Assembly (NCBI GenBank): GCA_964540475.1
Contig: CAZIMC010000001.1
Span: forward strand, 204,056-268,055
Direction of reading: 5' to 3'
DNA from: an uncultured Gammaproteobacteria bacterium
Lineage (GTDB): Bacteria; Patescibacteriota; Microgenomatia; UBA8517
DNA length: 64,000 nucleotides
Made by a program: the position numbers and the translations under genes. The notes under the pieces were generated by a model. That model was not told the DNA's origin. It saw only the letters and a program-made list of their open reading frames with translations, and did not search any database. Shown here piece by piece: positions 56,036-64,000 of the stretch. Numbering within the stretch: the stretch's first letter is position 1; each line of letters starts with the position of its first letter.

Positions 56036-56959
56036 ATGAATGAACCAATGTTTGAAATAAATGTTCAAGAAACAAAGCAGAATTATGCTGTTATCGCTGT
56101 TTCTCCTTTGGAACAGGGTTATGGTGATACTTTGGGAAACTCCCTAAGAAGAGTTCTGCTTACAAGTTTACCCGGGATGGCAGTAACAAAAGTGAGAATG
56201 AATGGAGTAAAGCATCAATTCACCACACTTAAAGGAATGAAGGAAGATGTGGTCGAATTTTTACTCAACTTAAAAAGGGTAAGATTCTCAGGTGAGCAAA
56301 TTGAAACAGGTCAGGTGATTAAAGCATCTATATCAGTTAAAGGGCCTGGTGAAGTAAGAGCTAAGGATATTAAGCTTCCTTCCAACGTAAAGGCAGCAAA
56401 TCCAGAAATGCTCTTAGCTGTACTTAACAAAGGAGCATCCTTAGAAGCAGACTTGGAGATAGAGTCGGGAGTTGGCTATATTCCCGCCAAGGATAGGGAT
56501 TCTGGCGCATTAGGGGAAATTTCTCTTGATGCATCGTTTTCTCCGATAGTCAGAGTAAATTACAAAGTTGAAGAAACTCGTGTAGGAAGACTGACAAATT
56601 ATGATAAATTACTTTTACAAATCTGGACCGATGGAACAGTTGACGCTAAGGACGCACTAGTTACGGCTGGGAAAATTTTGGTCTCCTATTTCTCGCAAGT
56701 TGTTACACCAAAAAGGGTGGTAAAACAGGAGAATGGTGTTGGACTAGACGATTTAGGGCCAGTGGGTAAATTATCAGTTGAAGAGATTGGGCTTCCCACC
56801 CGAGTATCAAATGCCTTAGTTAAAGCTGACTATGAAACGGTTGAGGATTTGGTCAATGCAGACAGAGAAAAGCTGGTCAAAGTTAGAAATCTCGGAGAAA
56901 AGTCGCTTAAAATAATAGCGGTTGCTTTAGCTGAAAAAGGAGTCAAATTTGCGATATGA
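56036..56959 (+). CDS. rpoA: DNA-directed RNA polymerase alpha subunit
   Basis: 307 aa; N-terminal and C-terminal domains. Confidence 0.95.
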   Translation: MNEPMFEINVQETKQNYAVIAVSPLEQGYGDTLGNSLRRVLLTSLPGMAVTKVRMNGVKHQFTTLKGMKEDVVEFLLNLKRVRFSGEQIETGQVIKASISVKGPGEVRAKDIKLPSNVKAANPEMLLAVLNKGASLEADLEIESGVGYIPAKDRDSGALGEISLDASFSPIVRVNYKVEETRVGRLTNYDKLLLQIWTDGTVDAKDALVTAGKILVSYFSQVVTPKRVVKQENGVGLDDLGPVGKLSVEEIGLPTRVSNALVKADYETVEDLVNADREKLVKVRNLGEKSLKIIAVALAEKGVKFAI

Positions 56960-57450
56960 GAAAAATGGTTTATGGTAGACAGCTAGGGAGAAGTCGTAAA
57001 GCTAGACTGGCATTATTTAGAACTTTAGTCAGATCGTTGGTTCTTAAGGAGGCTATTGTTACGACAAAAGCTAAAGCTAAGTCTGTTGTTCCTTTAGTGG
57101 AAAAGCTTATGACTTTGTCCAAAAAAAGCACAATAGCTTCAAGACGAAGAGTGTTATCCGAAGTTGGCAATCAGAGAGAGGTTGTAGATAAATTGCTTAC
57201 TCAAGTTACACCCTCATTCAAAGAGAAAAACAGCGGTTTTTTGAGAATTACCCCTCTACCGAAAAGAAGAGGGGATGCATCAGATGTGGTGAGGATTGAG
57301 TGGACAGAGAAAATCAACAAACAAGAGGAGAGAGCAAGTAAAAACAAAATAGAAAAGGCCAAACAAGTAAAGACGACAAAAAAAGAAGTTTCTAAAAAGC
57401 CTGTTAAAAAAGCTGTCAAAGAGAAGATCAAATCACAAAAGAAGAAATGA
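56956..57450 (+). CDS. rplQ: 50S ribosomal protein L17 with a Lys-rich C-terminal extension
   Basis: Position and sequence. Confidence 0.9.
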   Translation: MRKMVYGRQLGRSRKARLALFRTLVRSLVLKEAIVTTKAKAKSVVPLVEKLMTLSKKSTIASRRRVLSEVGNQREVVDKLLTQVTPSFKEKNSGFLRITPLPKRRGDASDVVRIEWTEKINKQEERASKNKIEKAKQVKTTKKEVSKKPVKKAVKEKIKSQKKK

Positions 57451-57860
57451 AAACCTTCCAACCCAGCATAAAAGAAGTTAAGAGAAATTGGCATTTAATT
57501 GATGCTAAAGAAGCAGTATTAGGCAGAATCAGTACAGATATTGCAAAACTATTGATGGGTAAGCATAAATCAGATTATGTTGCCCATCTTGATTTAGGTG
57601 ATAATGTTGTCGTTCTAAATGCTGAGAAGGTTAAGCTTACTGGTAAAAAAGCTGACCAGAAAATTTATAGACGCCATTCTGGTTACCCAGGTGGCCTAAA
57701 GGAAGTTTCATTCACAAAAATGATTGAGGAAAAACCCGAAGATGTAATTAGGCTAGCTGTTTCTGGAATGCTACCTGACAACAGGCTCAAAAAAGTTAGA
57801 CTTACTAGACTAAAGATTATAAAGGGGCCCAATAACCCATACGAAGAGAATTTTAAATAA
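57447..57860 (+). CDS. rplM: 50S ribosomal protein L13
   Basis: WHLIDAKEAVLGRISTDIAKLL. Confidence 0.95.
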   Translation: MKTFQPSIKEVKRNWHLIDAKEAVLGRISTDIAKLLMGKHKSDYVAHLDLGDNVVVLNAEKVKLTGKKADQKIYRRHSGYPGGLKEVSFTKMIEEKPEDVIRLAVSGMLPDNRLKKVRLTRLKIIKGPNNPYEENFK

Positions 57861-58264
57861 TGAAAAAAGCAAGTAAAAATTTTACATACGCGGCAGGAAA
57901 AAGGCGGATGGCTTCAGCAAGAGTCAGACTGTTTAAAGGTAAGGGAGATACGCTGGTTAATGACAAACCTATCAAAGAGTATTTTTCTGATGTGGTTGGC
58001 GGTGATTTGTGGAGTCAGCCATTTGAGGTTTCGGTGGCTATGGAAAATTATTATGCCCATGTCAGAGTGATTGGGGGGGGCAAAAAGGGGCAATTTGAGG
58101 CAGTTTTGCATGGAATCGCAAAAGCTTTAGGGACATTAGATACCAACAATAAATTACCCTTAAGAAAGCAGGGACTTTTGACGCGCGACGCAAGAATTCG
58201 CGAACGAAGGAAAGTGGGCAAAGGCGGTAAAGCAAGACGCGCTAAGCAGTCTCCGAAAAGGTAA
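57860..58264 (+). CDS. rpsI: 30S ribosomal protein S9
   Basis: C-terminal RRKVGKGGKARRAKQSPKR. Confidence 0.95.
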   Translation: MKKASKNFTYAAGKRRMASARVRLFKGKGDTLVNDKPIKEYFSDVVGGDLWSQPFEVSVAMENYYAHVRVIGGGKKGQFEAVLHGIAKALGTLDTNNKLPLRKQGLLTRDARIRERRKVGKGGKARRAKQSPKR

Positions 58265-58819
58265 CTACTTGCTTTTTAAATACTGACTAGCCAAATCTGG
58301 GTGGTTAGACTCCAAAACCTGCTTAAGTAACCTTTTTGCTCTATATAGCTTGCCTTCAACAGAACGCTCACCCGCATTCATTGCTTTGGCAATTTCCTTT
58401 ATGGTTAAGTTTCCCCAAAATCTTAGATAAATAAGTTGTCTTTTTTCTGGGGGAATCAGTTTTACGCATTCCCTAATTGAGGCTCTAACTTCATGCAATA
58501 TAGTGATCTCCTCGGGAGAATAATCATTGTCTTGCAACTCAAAGGCCATTGACTCAAGAAATGGAGAAATCATTACCGAGTTAGTGTGTACCTGTTCTCT
58601 GTAATAGTCAGCGATTTTTTTAATCGCAATGGCGCAAAACCAGGTCAAATATCCACTTTTGTTTCTGAAAGTCCCCCACCCTTTCCACGCAGCGCAAATA
58701 GTTCTGGCAAAGATTTCATCCAGCGCTTCGGGATCGCTCCCTAGCTTTTTTGCTATAAATTTTGTTAGCGGAGAGGAGATGGTAGTATAAACATTTTCAA
58801 ACGAATTTCTGGTAGGCAT
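58265..58819 (-). CDS. ECF-type sigma-70 family sigma factor
   Basis: Region 2 (YLTWFCAIAIKKIADYYR) and region 4 HTH (LTIKEIAKAMNAGERSVEGKLYRAKRLLK). Convergent with rpsI, abutting it with no spacer. Confidence 0.8.
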   Translation of the reverse strand: MPTRNSFENVYTTISSPLTKFIAKKLGSDPEALDEIFARTICAAWKGWGTFRNKSGYLTWFCAIAIKKIADYYREQVHTNSVMISPFLESMAFELQDNDYSPEEITILHEVRASIRECVKLIPPEKRQLIYLRFWGNLTIKEIAKAMNAGERSVEGKLYRAKRLLKQVLESNHPDLASQYLKSK

Positions 58820-58988
58820 TTGTTGGGTCGAGAATCAGAAAATTATCACGAACTTTACAACCATATTATAGAACATCTGGACTGGTTGAGTGTAACCAAA
58901 GAGGAAATTGAGGCTATTTCAGCCAAGGAAGCTGAGATGCAAAAGTCACCACTATTTATTACCTACTGACATTGGCTATAATAAAAGC

Positions 58989-59252
58989 ATGGACAAAGTT
59001 AAAAAAGACAATCTAACAGATCTGATAGGAGATGTAACCAAACCTCAAGAATCTACGCCTCCCGAGCCGGATGCAAACCCAAAGCCTCAACTTGGATTAG
59101 ATGACTATCAAGTAACTACTCCTGATGGTGAAGTCATAGATTTAGCCTTGCTTACAGTTGATAAAAGCCAGAATATAAATCAAACTTTGATGCGAGGAAC
59201 AGATCAAAAAGGAAATCACTACATCCTCATAGTACAGAGGAAAACTCCATAA
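58989..59252 (+). CDS. Hypothetical 88-aa protein (start chosen at MDKVKKDN); divergent from the ECF sigma gene
   Basis: ORF with TATAAT 6 nt upstream of the ATG; no similarity recognised. Confidence 0.3.
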   Translation: MDKVKKDNLTDLIGDVTKPQESTPPEPDANPKPQLGLDDYQVTTPDGEVIDLALLTVDKSQNINQTLMRGTDQKGNHYILIVQRKTP

Positions 59253-59500
59253 ATTACACTAGCTCGAATCCTCCCGAACTTAGTATATGTAGTGGTATTG
59301 GTAAATGAATCATCAATGATGGAAATGATAGACGGGGGTGGTTATTTTAGCTGTTGAACTTTTGTTACAATTGGTTAGTAGCCTCTAAAATCTCTGGCTC
59401 TTTTTGAAATTGAGTTTTTAAGGCTAAATAGTCTTAGTTTAAGTCTTTCAGAATTAAGTTTTTAGTATGAGTAAAACTATCAAACTCTTAACAAAATCAA

Positions 59501-60013
59501 ATGGCACAAAATTTAATCTCAAATTCAAGGCGGGATCGGTTACTAAGGCAGTGCGAGAGCCTCATGTTGCGTGGCATAGATTCTCCAACTGACATATCCG
59601 ATACACTCAACATCTCCTACAACACAGCAAAATCCTACATTTCCCTTATCAGGGAGAGATGGGCTTGTTTGTCTACAGTTGATGAATTACAGGCCAAAAG
59701 GCAGGAATTGATACGCAAGACTGAGGAGATCGTCAAAGAGTCATGGGAGCTAAAAAAGACTGCTAGAAACAACCTAGAGGCTGTAGGTGCATTGAGAACC
59801 GCCTTGATGGCCATAGAAAGGCTTGAGAGGCTACAGGGGATTAGTTCTTTACCCTTGCCAATAGAAAAGCCAAGGGAGCAACAAATATCCGAACTTGCTC
59901 ATAAGATCAATCAATTACCATCAGAGGAGAAACAAAAATATATATTACGGGTAAGAGAGGAGATAAAAAGAAGAAAAGGCAAGAACTACAACTTGTCAAA
60001 TTATCCTCTTTAG
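59501..60013 (+). CDS. Hypothetical element-borne protein with a probable N-terminal HTH
   Basis: 170 aa; DISDTLNISYNTAKSYISLIRE resembles an HTH; coiled-coil C-terminus. Confidence 0.4.
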   Translation: MAQNLISNSRRDRLLRQCESLMLRGIDSPTDISDTLNISYNTAKSYISLIRERWACLSTVDELQAKRQELIRKTEEIVKESWELKKTARNNLEAVGALRTALMAIERLERLQGISSLPLPIEKPREQQISELAHKINQLPSEEKQKYILRVREEIKRRKGKNYNLSNYPL

Positions 60014-60059
60014 TATGGGCAGTATGCACCACTGCCCATCGTTAAAAAAGACAATTTAC

Positions 60060-60440
60060 TTAGCCTTGCTCTTTTTTAGGTGCATATGGTGCTAATCTTG
60101 TCTTTACAAAATCAGCAAACGCCTCTGTTGGCCTAAGCATTTTGTTGCCCTCTTTATCAGTCTCTACTGTTGCAAAACCTGCCTCCACTACTTGCTCATA
60201 GTGTCCTTGCAGGGGTACGTCTACCCATCTACCAGCTTCAACTGCATGCACAGTCATTCTTCCCATCAATACTTCTGATTCGGAGTGGTTAGTTGGGGAA
60301 TTTCTGTAAATGGAAACCCAACCCATTCCTGTCAATGTTTTTGACTGTTCTGCATTTTCAGGAGTCAGTAATTCAGGTACAGGAATTTTTTCATCTAGTT
60401 GTTTCAATGGGCTTTCTACTCCTTGTGGTATTTCAGACAT
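60060..60440 (-). CDS. Hypothetical protein, co-oriented with and 3 nt downstream of the excisionase-like gene
   Basis: 126-aa ORF; no family recognised. Confidence 0.4.
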   Translation of the reverse strand: MSEIPQGVESPLKQLDEKIPVPELLTPENAEQSKTLTGMGWVSIYRNSPTNHSESEVLMGRMTVHAVEAGRWVDVPLQGHYEQVVEAGFATVETDKEGNKMLRPTEAFADFVKTRLAPYAPKKEQG

Positions 60441-60443
60441 TAC

Positions 60444-60653
60444 TTAATCACCTCCTTTCTTATGATCTATTGTAACTTGTTTTGATAAGTTCTGCTTAAT
60501 AAAGCTATCTAGAGCGTCTTTTGATATTCGATACCCTCTACCTAGTTTTACTGCTTCCAATCTGCCATTTTTTATGTAGTTCAAAACTGTCTGCCAGTGT
60601 ACTTGAAGGAGTCTTGCTACCTGTTCCACTGTGTAAAAAGAATTGCTTTTCAT
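60444..60653 (-). CDS. Excisionase-family (MerR-like) HTH DNA-binding protein; candidate recombination directionality factor
   Basis: YTVEQVARLLQVHWQTVLNYIKNGRLEAVKLGRGYRISKDALDSFI matches the excisionase-family HTH pattern. Confidence 0.75.
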   Translation of the reverse strand: MKSNSFYTVEQVARLLQVHWQTVLNYIKNGRLEAVKLGRGYRISKDALDSFIKQNLSKQVTIDHKKGGD

Positions 60654-60749
60654 AGCTGAATAAGTTATAAATTATTATAAGCATTTGTCAATCAAAATAG
60701 CAAGTGCAAGTTCCATCATCGATGATGGAAATAGAAAATTTAGACAATT

Positions 60750-62411
60750 ATGGCTACTACACAAGACTTATTGTCCATCCTAGAAAAATTGCAGGGTAAG
60801 GATCAGGAACGGGATACTTCACAATATCGCTATGTTATTTATGCCAGAAAATCTACAGAGGGTGAGGAACGGCAAGCCAGATCTTTGGGAGATCAAGTTG
60901 TTGAATGTACAAAGATAGCAAGTAGCCGAGGATTAAAGTTACTCGCTCGTCCATTTAGCCCAATTGAGGAGAAACAAAGTGCCAAAGAACCAGATATCAG
61001 GCCGAAGTTCCGGAAAATGTTGGATGACATTAAACAAGGCAAATACGAGGGTATCATAGCCTGGCATCCAGATAGACTTGCTCGCAATATGAAAGACGCG
61101 GGGGAGATTATCGACTTACTGGATAAGCAAATCATAAAAGATTTACAATTTGTGAGCTTCACTTTCGAGAATGACACGGCTGGCAAGATGCTTCTGGGTA
61201 TGTCTTTTGTCCTCTCCAAGCAGTATTCAGACAAGCTACGAGATGACGTTAAACGTGGAATCAGACGGAGTATTGAGGACGGCAAATACCTGAGTAAAGC
61301 CAAGCATGGCTATTATCGGGATCGCAACATGATGCTCAGGCCAGACGGCAACAACTTTACTTTACTCAAAGAAGCCTGGCAATTAAGGCTACAAGGCAAA
61401 ACTCAAAAGGATATTGCCAAGTATCTGACTGATAAGAATTACAAGCGAAGTGAGGGAGTTGGCGATATTACCCACAAGACGTTGAAGATGACGGACAAAG
61501 TTTTGTCTGAGATTTTCCAGGATACGTTCTATACTGGTGTGTTAGATTACGGCACCAGTGGTTTAGTAGACTTAACCGAGGTTTACGATTTTGTCCCTAT
61601 GGTTACAGTTGATGAGTTTTTAAGGATTAACCGCTTCAGTGATATTAGAAAAGCCTTTGAAAACAAGCGTAGAGGGCTTAAAACCGATATTAAAGCGGAC
61701 TTCTTGCGTAGGATCGTCTATTGTGGCCATTGTAACGAACAGATGAGTACGGGCATTACTGTCAAATACTCCAAGACTGATAAAACCAATTATTTCAACT
61801 TCAGGTGTGATACAGTCGGATGTAAGATTACTCTCCCAAGTGGCAGGAAAGTCAATCAGAACGTCCGAGGCAAGGTTGTCCTAGATTTTGTGTACCAATT
61901 CCTAGAGGAAAACAAGTTTACCGACAAAAGAGCCTACAACCATTACTTACAGGAAATGAAACATGTTCAGGAGAATAAACGCAAAGAACTTGAAGCAAGG
62001 AGAAAATCAATCCAGATAGCAGTTAAAGAGCTTGAGGAGCGTATAAACCTCATTAAAGAGTCGTTGTATCACGAAAATGATAGTGAGATTAAGGATGAGT
62101 ACAAGGTTGACTTGAAAGCCAAAAAAGCCCAACTCAAGCAAGCCAATGATGAATTAGTCAAGATCAAGGAAGCTAAAGTCAAGGGAAGTAAGGTTGTACT
62201 GACTTATCAGGAGTTTGTCGAACTTTTTAACAATCTGCCCGATATATTGAGAAAAACCAAGTCTATGGAGGGCAAGGATCAGATCATCCGAAAAATCTTC
62301 TCGAACTTTGTTCTCAAGGATAAAAAAGTGGCGTTATATGGGCTAAATCAGCCTTTCAAGGACTTCATTGATAAAGGCTATTTCGCCTCTAGTCGGGGTA
62401 CTCGGAATTGA
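60750..62411 (+). CDS. Large serine recombinase (phage-integrase type)
   Basis: N-terminal resolvase catalytic domain (YVIYARKSTEGEE, HPDRLARN). Recombinase domain and zinc ribbon (CGHCNEQMS...FRCDTVGCK), then a coiled coil. Its 3' end overlaps tRNA-Pro by 19 nt. Confidence 0.85.
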   Translation: MATTQDLLSILEKLQGKDQERDTSQYRYVIYARKSTEGEERQARSLGDQVVECTKIASSRGLKLLARPFSPIEEKQSAKEPDIRPKFRKMLDDIKQGKYEGIIAWHPDRLARNMKDAGEIIDLLDKQIIKDLQFVSFTFENDTAGKMLLGMSFVLSKQYSDKLRDDVKRGIRRSIEDGKYLSKAKHGYYRDRNMMLRPDGNNFTLLKEAWQLRLQGKTQKDIAKYLTDKNYKRSEGVGDITHKTLKMTDKVLSEIFQDTFYTGVLDYGTSGLVDLTEVYDFVPMVTVDEFLRINRFSDIRKAFENKRRGLKTDIKADFLRRIVYCGHCNEQMSTGITVKYSKTDKTNYFNFRCDTVGCKITLPSGRKVNQNVRGKVVLDFVYQFLEENKFTDKRAYNHYLQEMKHVQENKRKELEARRKSIQIAVKELEERINLIKESLYHENDSEIKDEYKVDLKAKKAQLKQANDELVKIKEAKVKGSKVVLTYQEFVELFNNLPDILRKTKSMEGKDQIIRKIFSNFVLKDKKVALYGLNQPFKDFIDKGYFASSRGTRN

Positions 62412-62464
62412 ACCGAGATCTTACGCACCCCATGCGCAAATACTAGCCGTTATACTATACCCCG
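62393..62464 (-). tRNA. tRNA-Pro (anticodon GGG)
   Basis: Hand-folded cloverleaf: 7-bp acceptor stem with C1:G72, discriminator A73, D arm, anticodon stem TGCGC/GCGTA, loop AT-GGG-GT (U33, G37), 4-nt variable loop, T arm CTCGG-TTCAATT-CCGAG. No encoded CCA. Confidence 0.75.
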
Positions 62465-62508
62465 TAGGTGCTATTTTACCACAAACACAAAGTATAGGCT
62501 TCATACTC

Positions 62509-62537
62509 TTGACTTCGGGTTTTGTTTGGTACATAAT
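62509..62537 (+). promoter_or_regulatory. recA promoter TTGACT-17-CATAAT
   Basis: Hexamers and spacing read directly. Confidence 0.45.
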
Positions 62538-62547
62538 GATTTTTGCA

Positions 62548-62567
62548 ATTGTAACTTTTCTTACAAT
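62548..62567 (+). promoter_or_regulatory. Palindromic operator-like box ATTGTAA-N6-TTACAAT between the recA -10 and the start codon (candidate SOS/LexA-type box)
   Basis: Perfect 7-bp inverted repeat read directly. Confidence 0.35.
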
Positions 62568-62583
62568 GTGATAAAAGAAAGCC

Positions 62584-63666
62584 ATGGCAAAGAAAAAAGA
62601 TGTTCAAAATCCAGTAGCCCAAACTGATTCTTCCCAGAAACTTCAGGCTATAAGGTTAGCAATGGATCAGATCGAGAAGCAATACGGTAGAGGCTCTATT
62701 ATGAGACTAGGACAACAAGACGCAAGTAGGTTAAAAATCGGTGTTATTCCAACAGGTGCCATAGCTCTTGATCTAGCCCTAGGAGTTGGCGGCTTACCGA
62801 CAGGAAGAATCATTGAGATTTATGGCCCGGAAGCTTCGGGAAAAACCACACTCGCTCTTTCTGTGGTTGCCGAAGCCCAAAAAAGAGGCGGCCAGGCTGC
62901 ATTTGTAGATGCTGAACATGCACTTGACCCAGTTCGAGCTGAGACAATAGGTGTTAACTTAGACGACTTATTGCTTTCTCAACCAGATACTGGTGAGCAG
63001 GCGCTAGAGATTACTGAGACCCTAGTGCGATCAGGGGCATTGGACGTTATAGTGGTTGATTCAGTGGCAGCTTTGGTTCCGAGAGCAGAATTAGAGGGTG
63101 AAATGGGTGATGCTGTTATGGGGATGCAGGCAAGACTTATGAGTCAGGCATTGAGGAAATTAACAGGTGCAATCTCTAAATCTAATACGATTTTAATTTT
63201 TACAAATCAGATCAGGCAGAAGATAGGAGTAATGTTTGGTAATCCGGAAACTACACCTGGTGGGCTAGCTCTTAAATTCTATTCATCGGTTAGAATTGAT
63301 GTTCGAAGAACGGAAGCCATTAAAGATGGTGACAATGTAATAGGCACTAGAGTAAGGGCTAGGATAGTTAAAAATAAAGTTGCTCCTCCCCTGAAGGTTG
63401 CTGAGTTTGACATAATGAACGATGTTGGAATATCAAAGGCCGGAGGGCTTTTAGATGTAGCAGTAGAACTTGGCATAATAGGAAAGAGTGGCTCCTTCTA
63501 TAATTATGAGAGCAAACCTTTTGCTCAAGGGCGTGAGGCAGCAAAGCAGTATATACAAGATAATCCTAAATTCGCTGAGGAGTTAGACAAAAAGATTCGT
63601 GAAGTTATGGCTTCAGGCAAAAAGCTCCCAAAGGAAATCGGGGAAGTAGAGGAGAAAGAGGAATAA
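62584..63666 (+). CDS. recA: Recombinase RecA
   Basis: Walker [11 protein letters not shown]1/L2 loop regions; 360 aa. Confidence 0.97.
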   Translation: MAKKKDVQNPVAQTDSSQKLQAIRLAMDQIEKQYGRGSIMRLGQQDASRLKIGVIPTGAIALDLALGVGGLPTGRIIEIYGPEASGKTTLALSVVAEAQKRGGQAAFVDAEHALDPVRAETIGVNLDDLLLSQPDTGEQALEITETLVRSGALDVIVVDSVAALVPRAELEGEMGDAVMGMQARLMSQALRKLTGAISKSNTILIFTNQIRQKIGVMFGNPETTPGGLALKFYSSVRIDVRRTEAIKDGDNVIGTRVRARIVKNKVAPPLKVAEFDIMNDVGISKAGGLLDVAVELGIIGKSGSFYNYESKPFAQGREAAKQYIQDNPKFAEELDKKIREVMASGKKLPKEIGEVEEKEE

Positions 63667-63676
63667 ACCTTTTTAA

Positions 63677-64000
63677 TGACCGAAATCACTGCATTTAAAT
63701 CCCAGAAAAGCGGCAATAGAGTAAATGTGTATATCGACGGGCAATTCGGGTTTGGAATTGATTTGGAAAATTTTGTTGTATTAGGACTCAGAGTCGGACA
63801 GGTGCTTTCGGAAGAGAGAATAAATGAAATTGTCAAGAAAGCTGAGCAACAGAAGACCTACGATAAACTTTTACGCTTCGCGACTATTAGGCCAAGAAGC
63901 GAAAAAGAAATTAACAGCTGGTTTATTAGAAAAAAGGTGTACACAAGCCTTCGTCCCGAGCTATTTGATAGGTTAAAGAGATTGGAATTAGTTGATGATT
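63677..64000 (+). CDS. recX: Regulatory protein RecX, N-terminal part; continues beyond the window
   Basis: MTEITAFKSQKSGNRVNVYIDGQFGFGIDLENFVVLGLRVGQVLSEERINEI is typical RecX. Confidence 0.8.

Larger units (their letters stand above)
59270..62464. mobile_element. Putative integrative element at tRNA-Pro (left boundary uncertain)
   Basis: A serine integrase overlapping the tRNA 3' end, an excisionase-family HTH and small unrecognised cargo genes lie between the end of the ribosomal superoperon and recA. Confidence 0.45.

Noticed and set aside
58820-59500. Direct repeat of the tRNA-Pro 3' end marking the distal att site of the element
   Set aside because: Searched by eye in the regions flanking the cargo genes and none found. 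Serine integrases need only a 2-bp crossover, so absence is not informative; the left boundary stays undefined.
62368-62571. 67-aa + strand ORF spanning the tRNA-Pro locus
   Set aside because: The region folds into a complete tRNA on the minus strand. The ORF is hydrophobic low-complexity and sits across the tRNA and the recA promoter.
1-64000. CRISPR arrays, rRNA genes, large inverted or direct repeats
   Set aside because: No regularly spaced repeat-spacer structure and no rRNA-like conserved segments were seen. The only tandem repeats are the short heptamers and the intragenic 27-nt repeats reported.

Overview
This window looks like a gene-dense, streamlined bacterial chromosome segment of about 42% GC, almost entirely on the + strand. 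Short ribosomal proteins, no rpmD (L30) between rpsE and rplO, an IF-2 with only the G domain onward, an AlaRS without the C-Ala domain and a zinc-ribbon L24 suggest a CPR/Patescibacteria-like lineage; this is inference. Content in order: (1) a stress-response neighbourhood: dnaK 3' end, a zinc-finger-less dnaJ, an unannotated 49-aa KGG-motif stress protein, a single-domain receiver, a YflT-like stress protein, GlsB/YeaQ, and a convergent histidine kinase / OmpR regulator pair. (2) An accessory block of four unrecognised genes (5.4-8.3 kb), one with a metacaspase-like HGG...SC signature. (3) nusA-infB-(degenerate DHH)-rpsO-pnp. (4) A Lon-like AAA+ ATPase with no protease domain, then a metallophosphoesterase, a family-4 UDG, RNase J, ftsK and a RodZ-like protein. 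(5) alaS, a large bitopic membrane protein plus a sortase, ruvX and mltG, which carries a 7-nt tandem repeat. (6) The rpoB-rpoC-str-S10-spc-alpha superoperon. It is interrupted twice: a SAM methyltransferase plus terminator sits between rpsG and fusA, and a 357-aa repeat-containing Cys/His protein plus a promoter/terminator leader sits between rpsJ and rplC. (7) An ECF sigma factor, then a compact integrative element (excisionase-family HTH, large serine recombinase, small cargo genes) abutting and overlapping tRNA-Pro(GGG). (8) recA, with a palindromic operator-like box that recurs inside the element, and the start of recX. No rRNA and no CRISPR array were seen.
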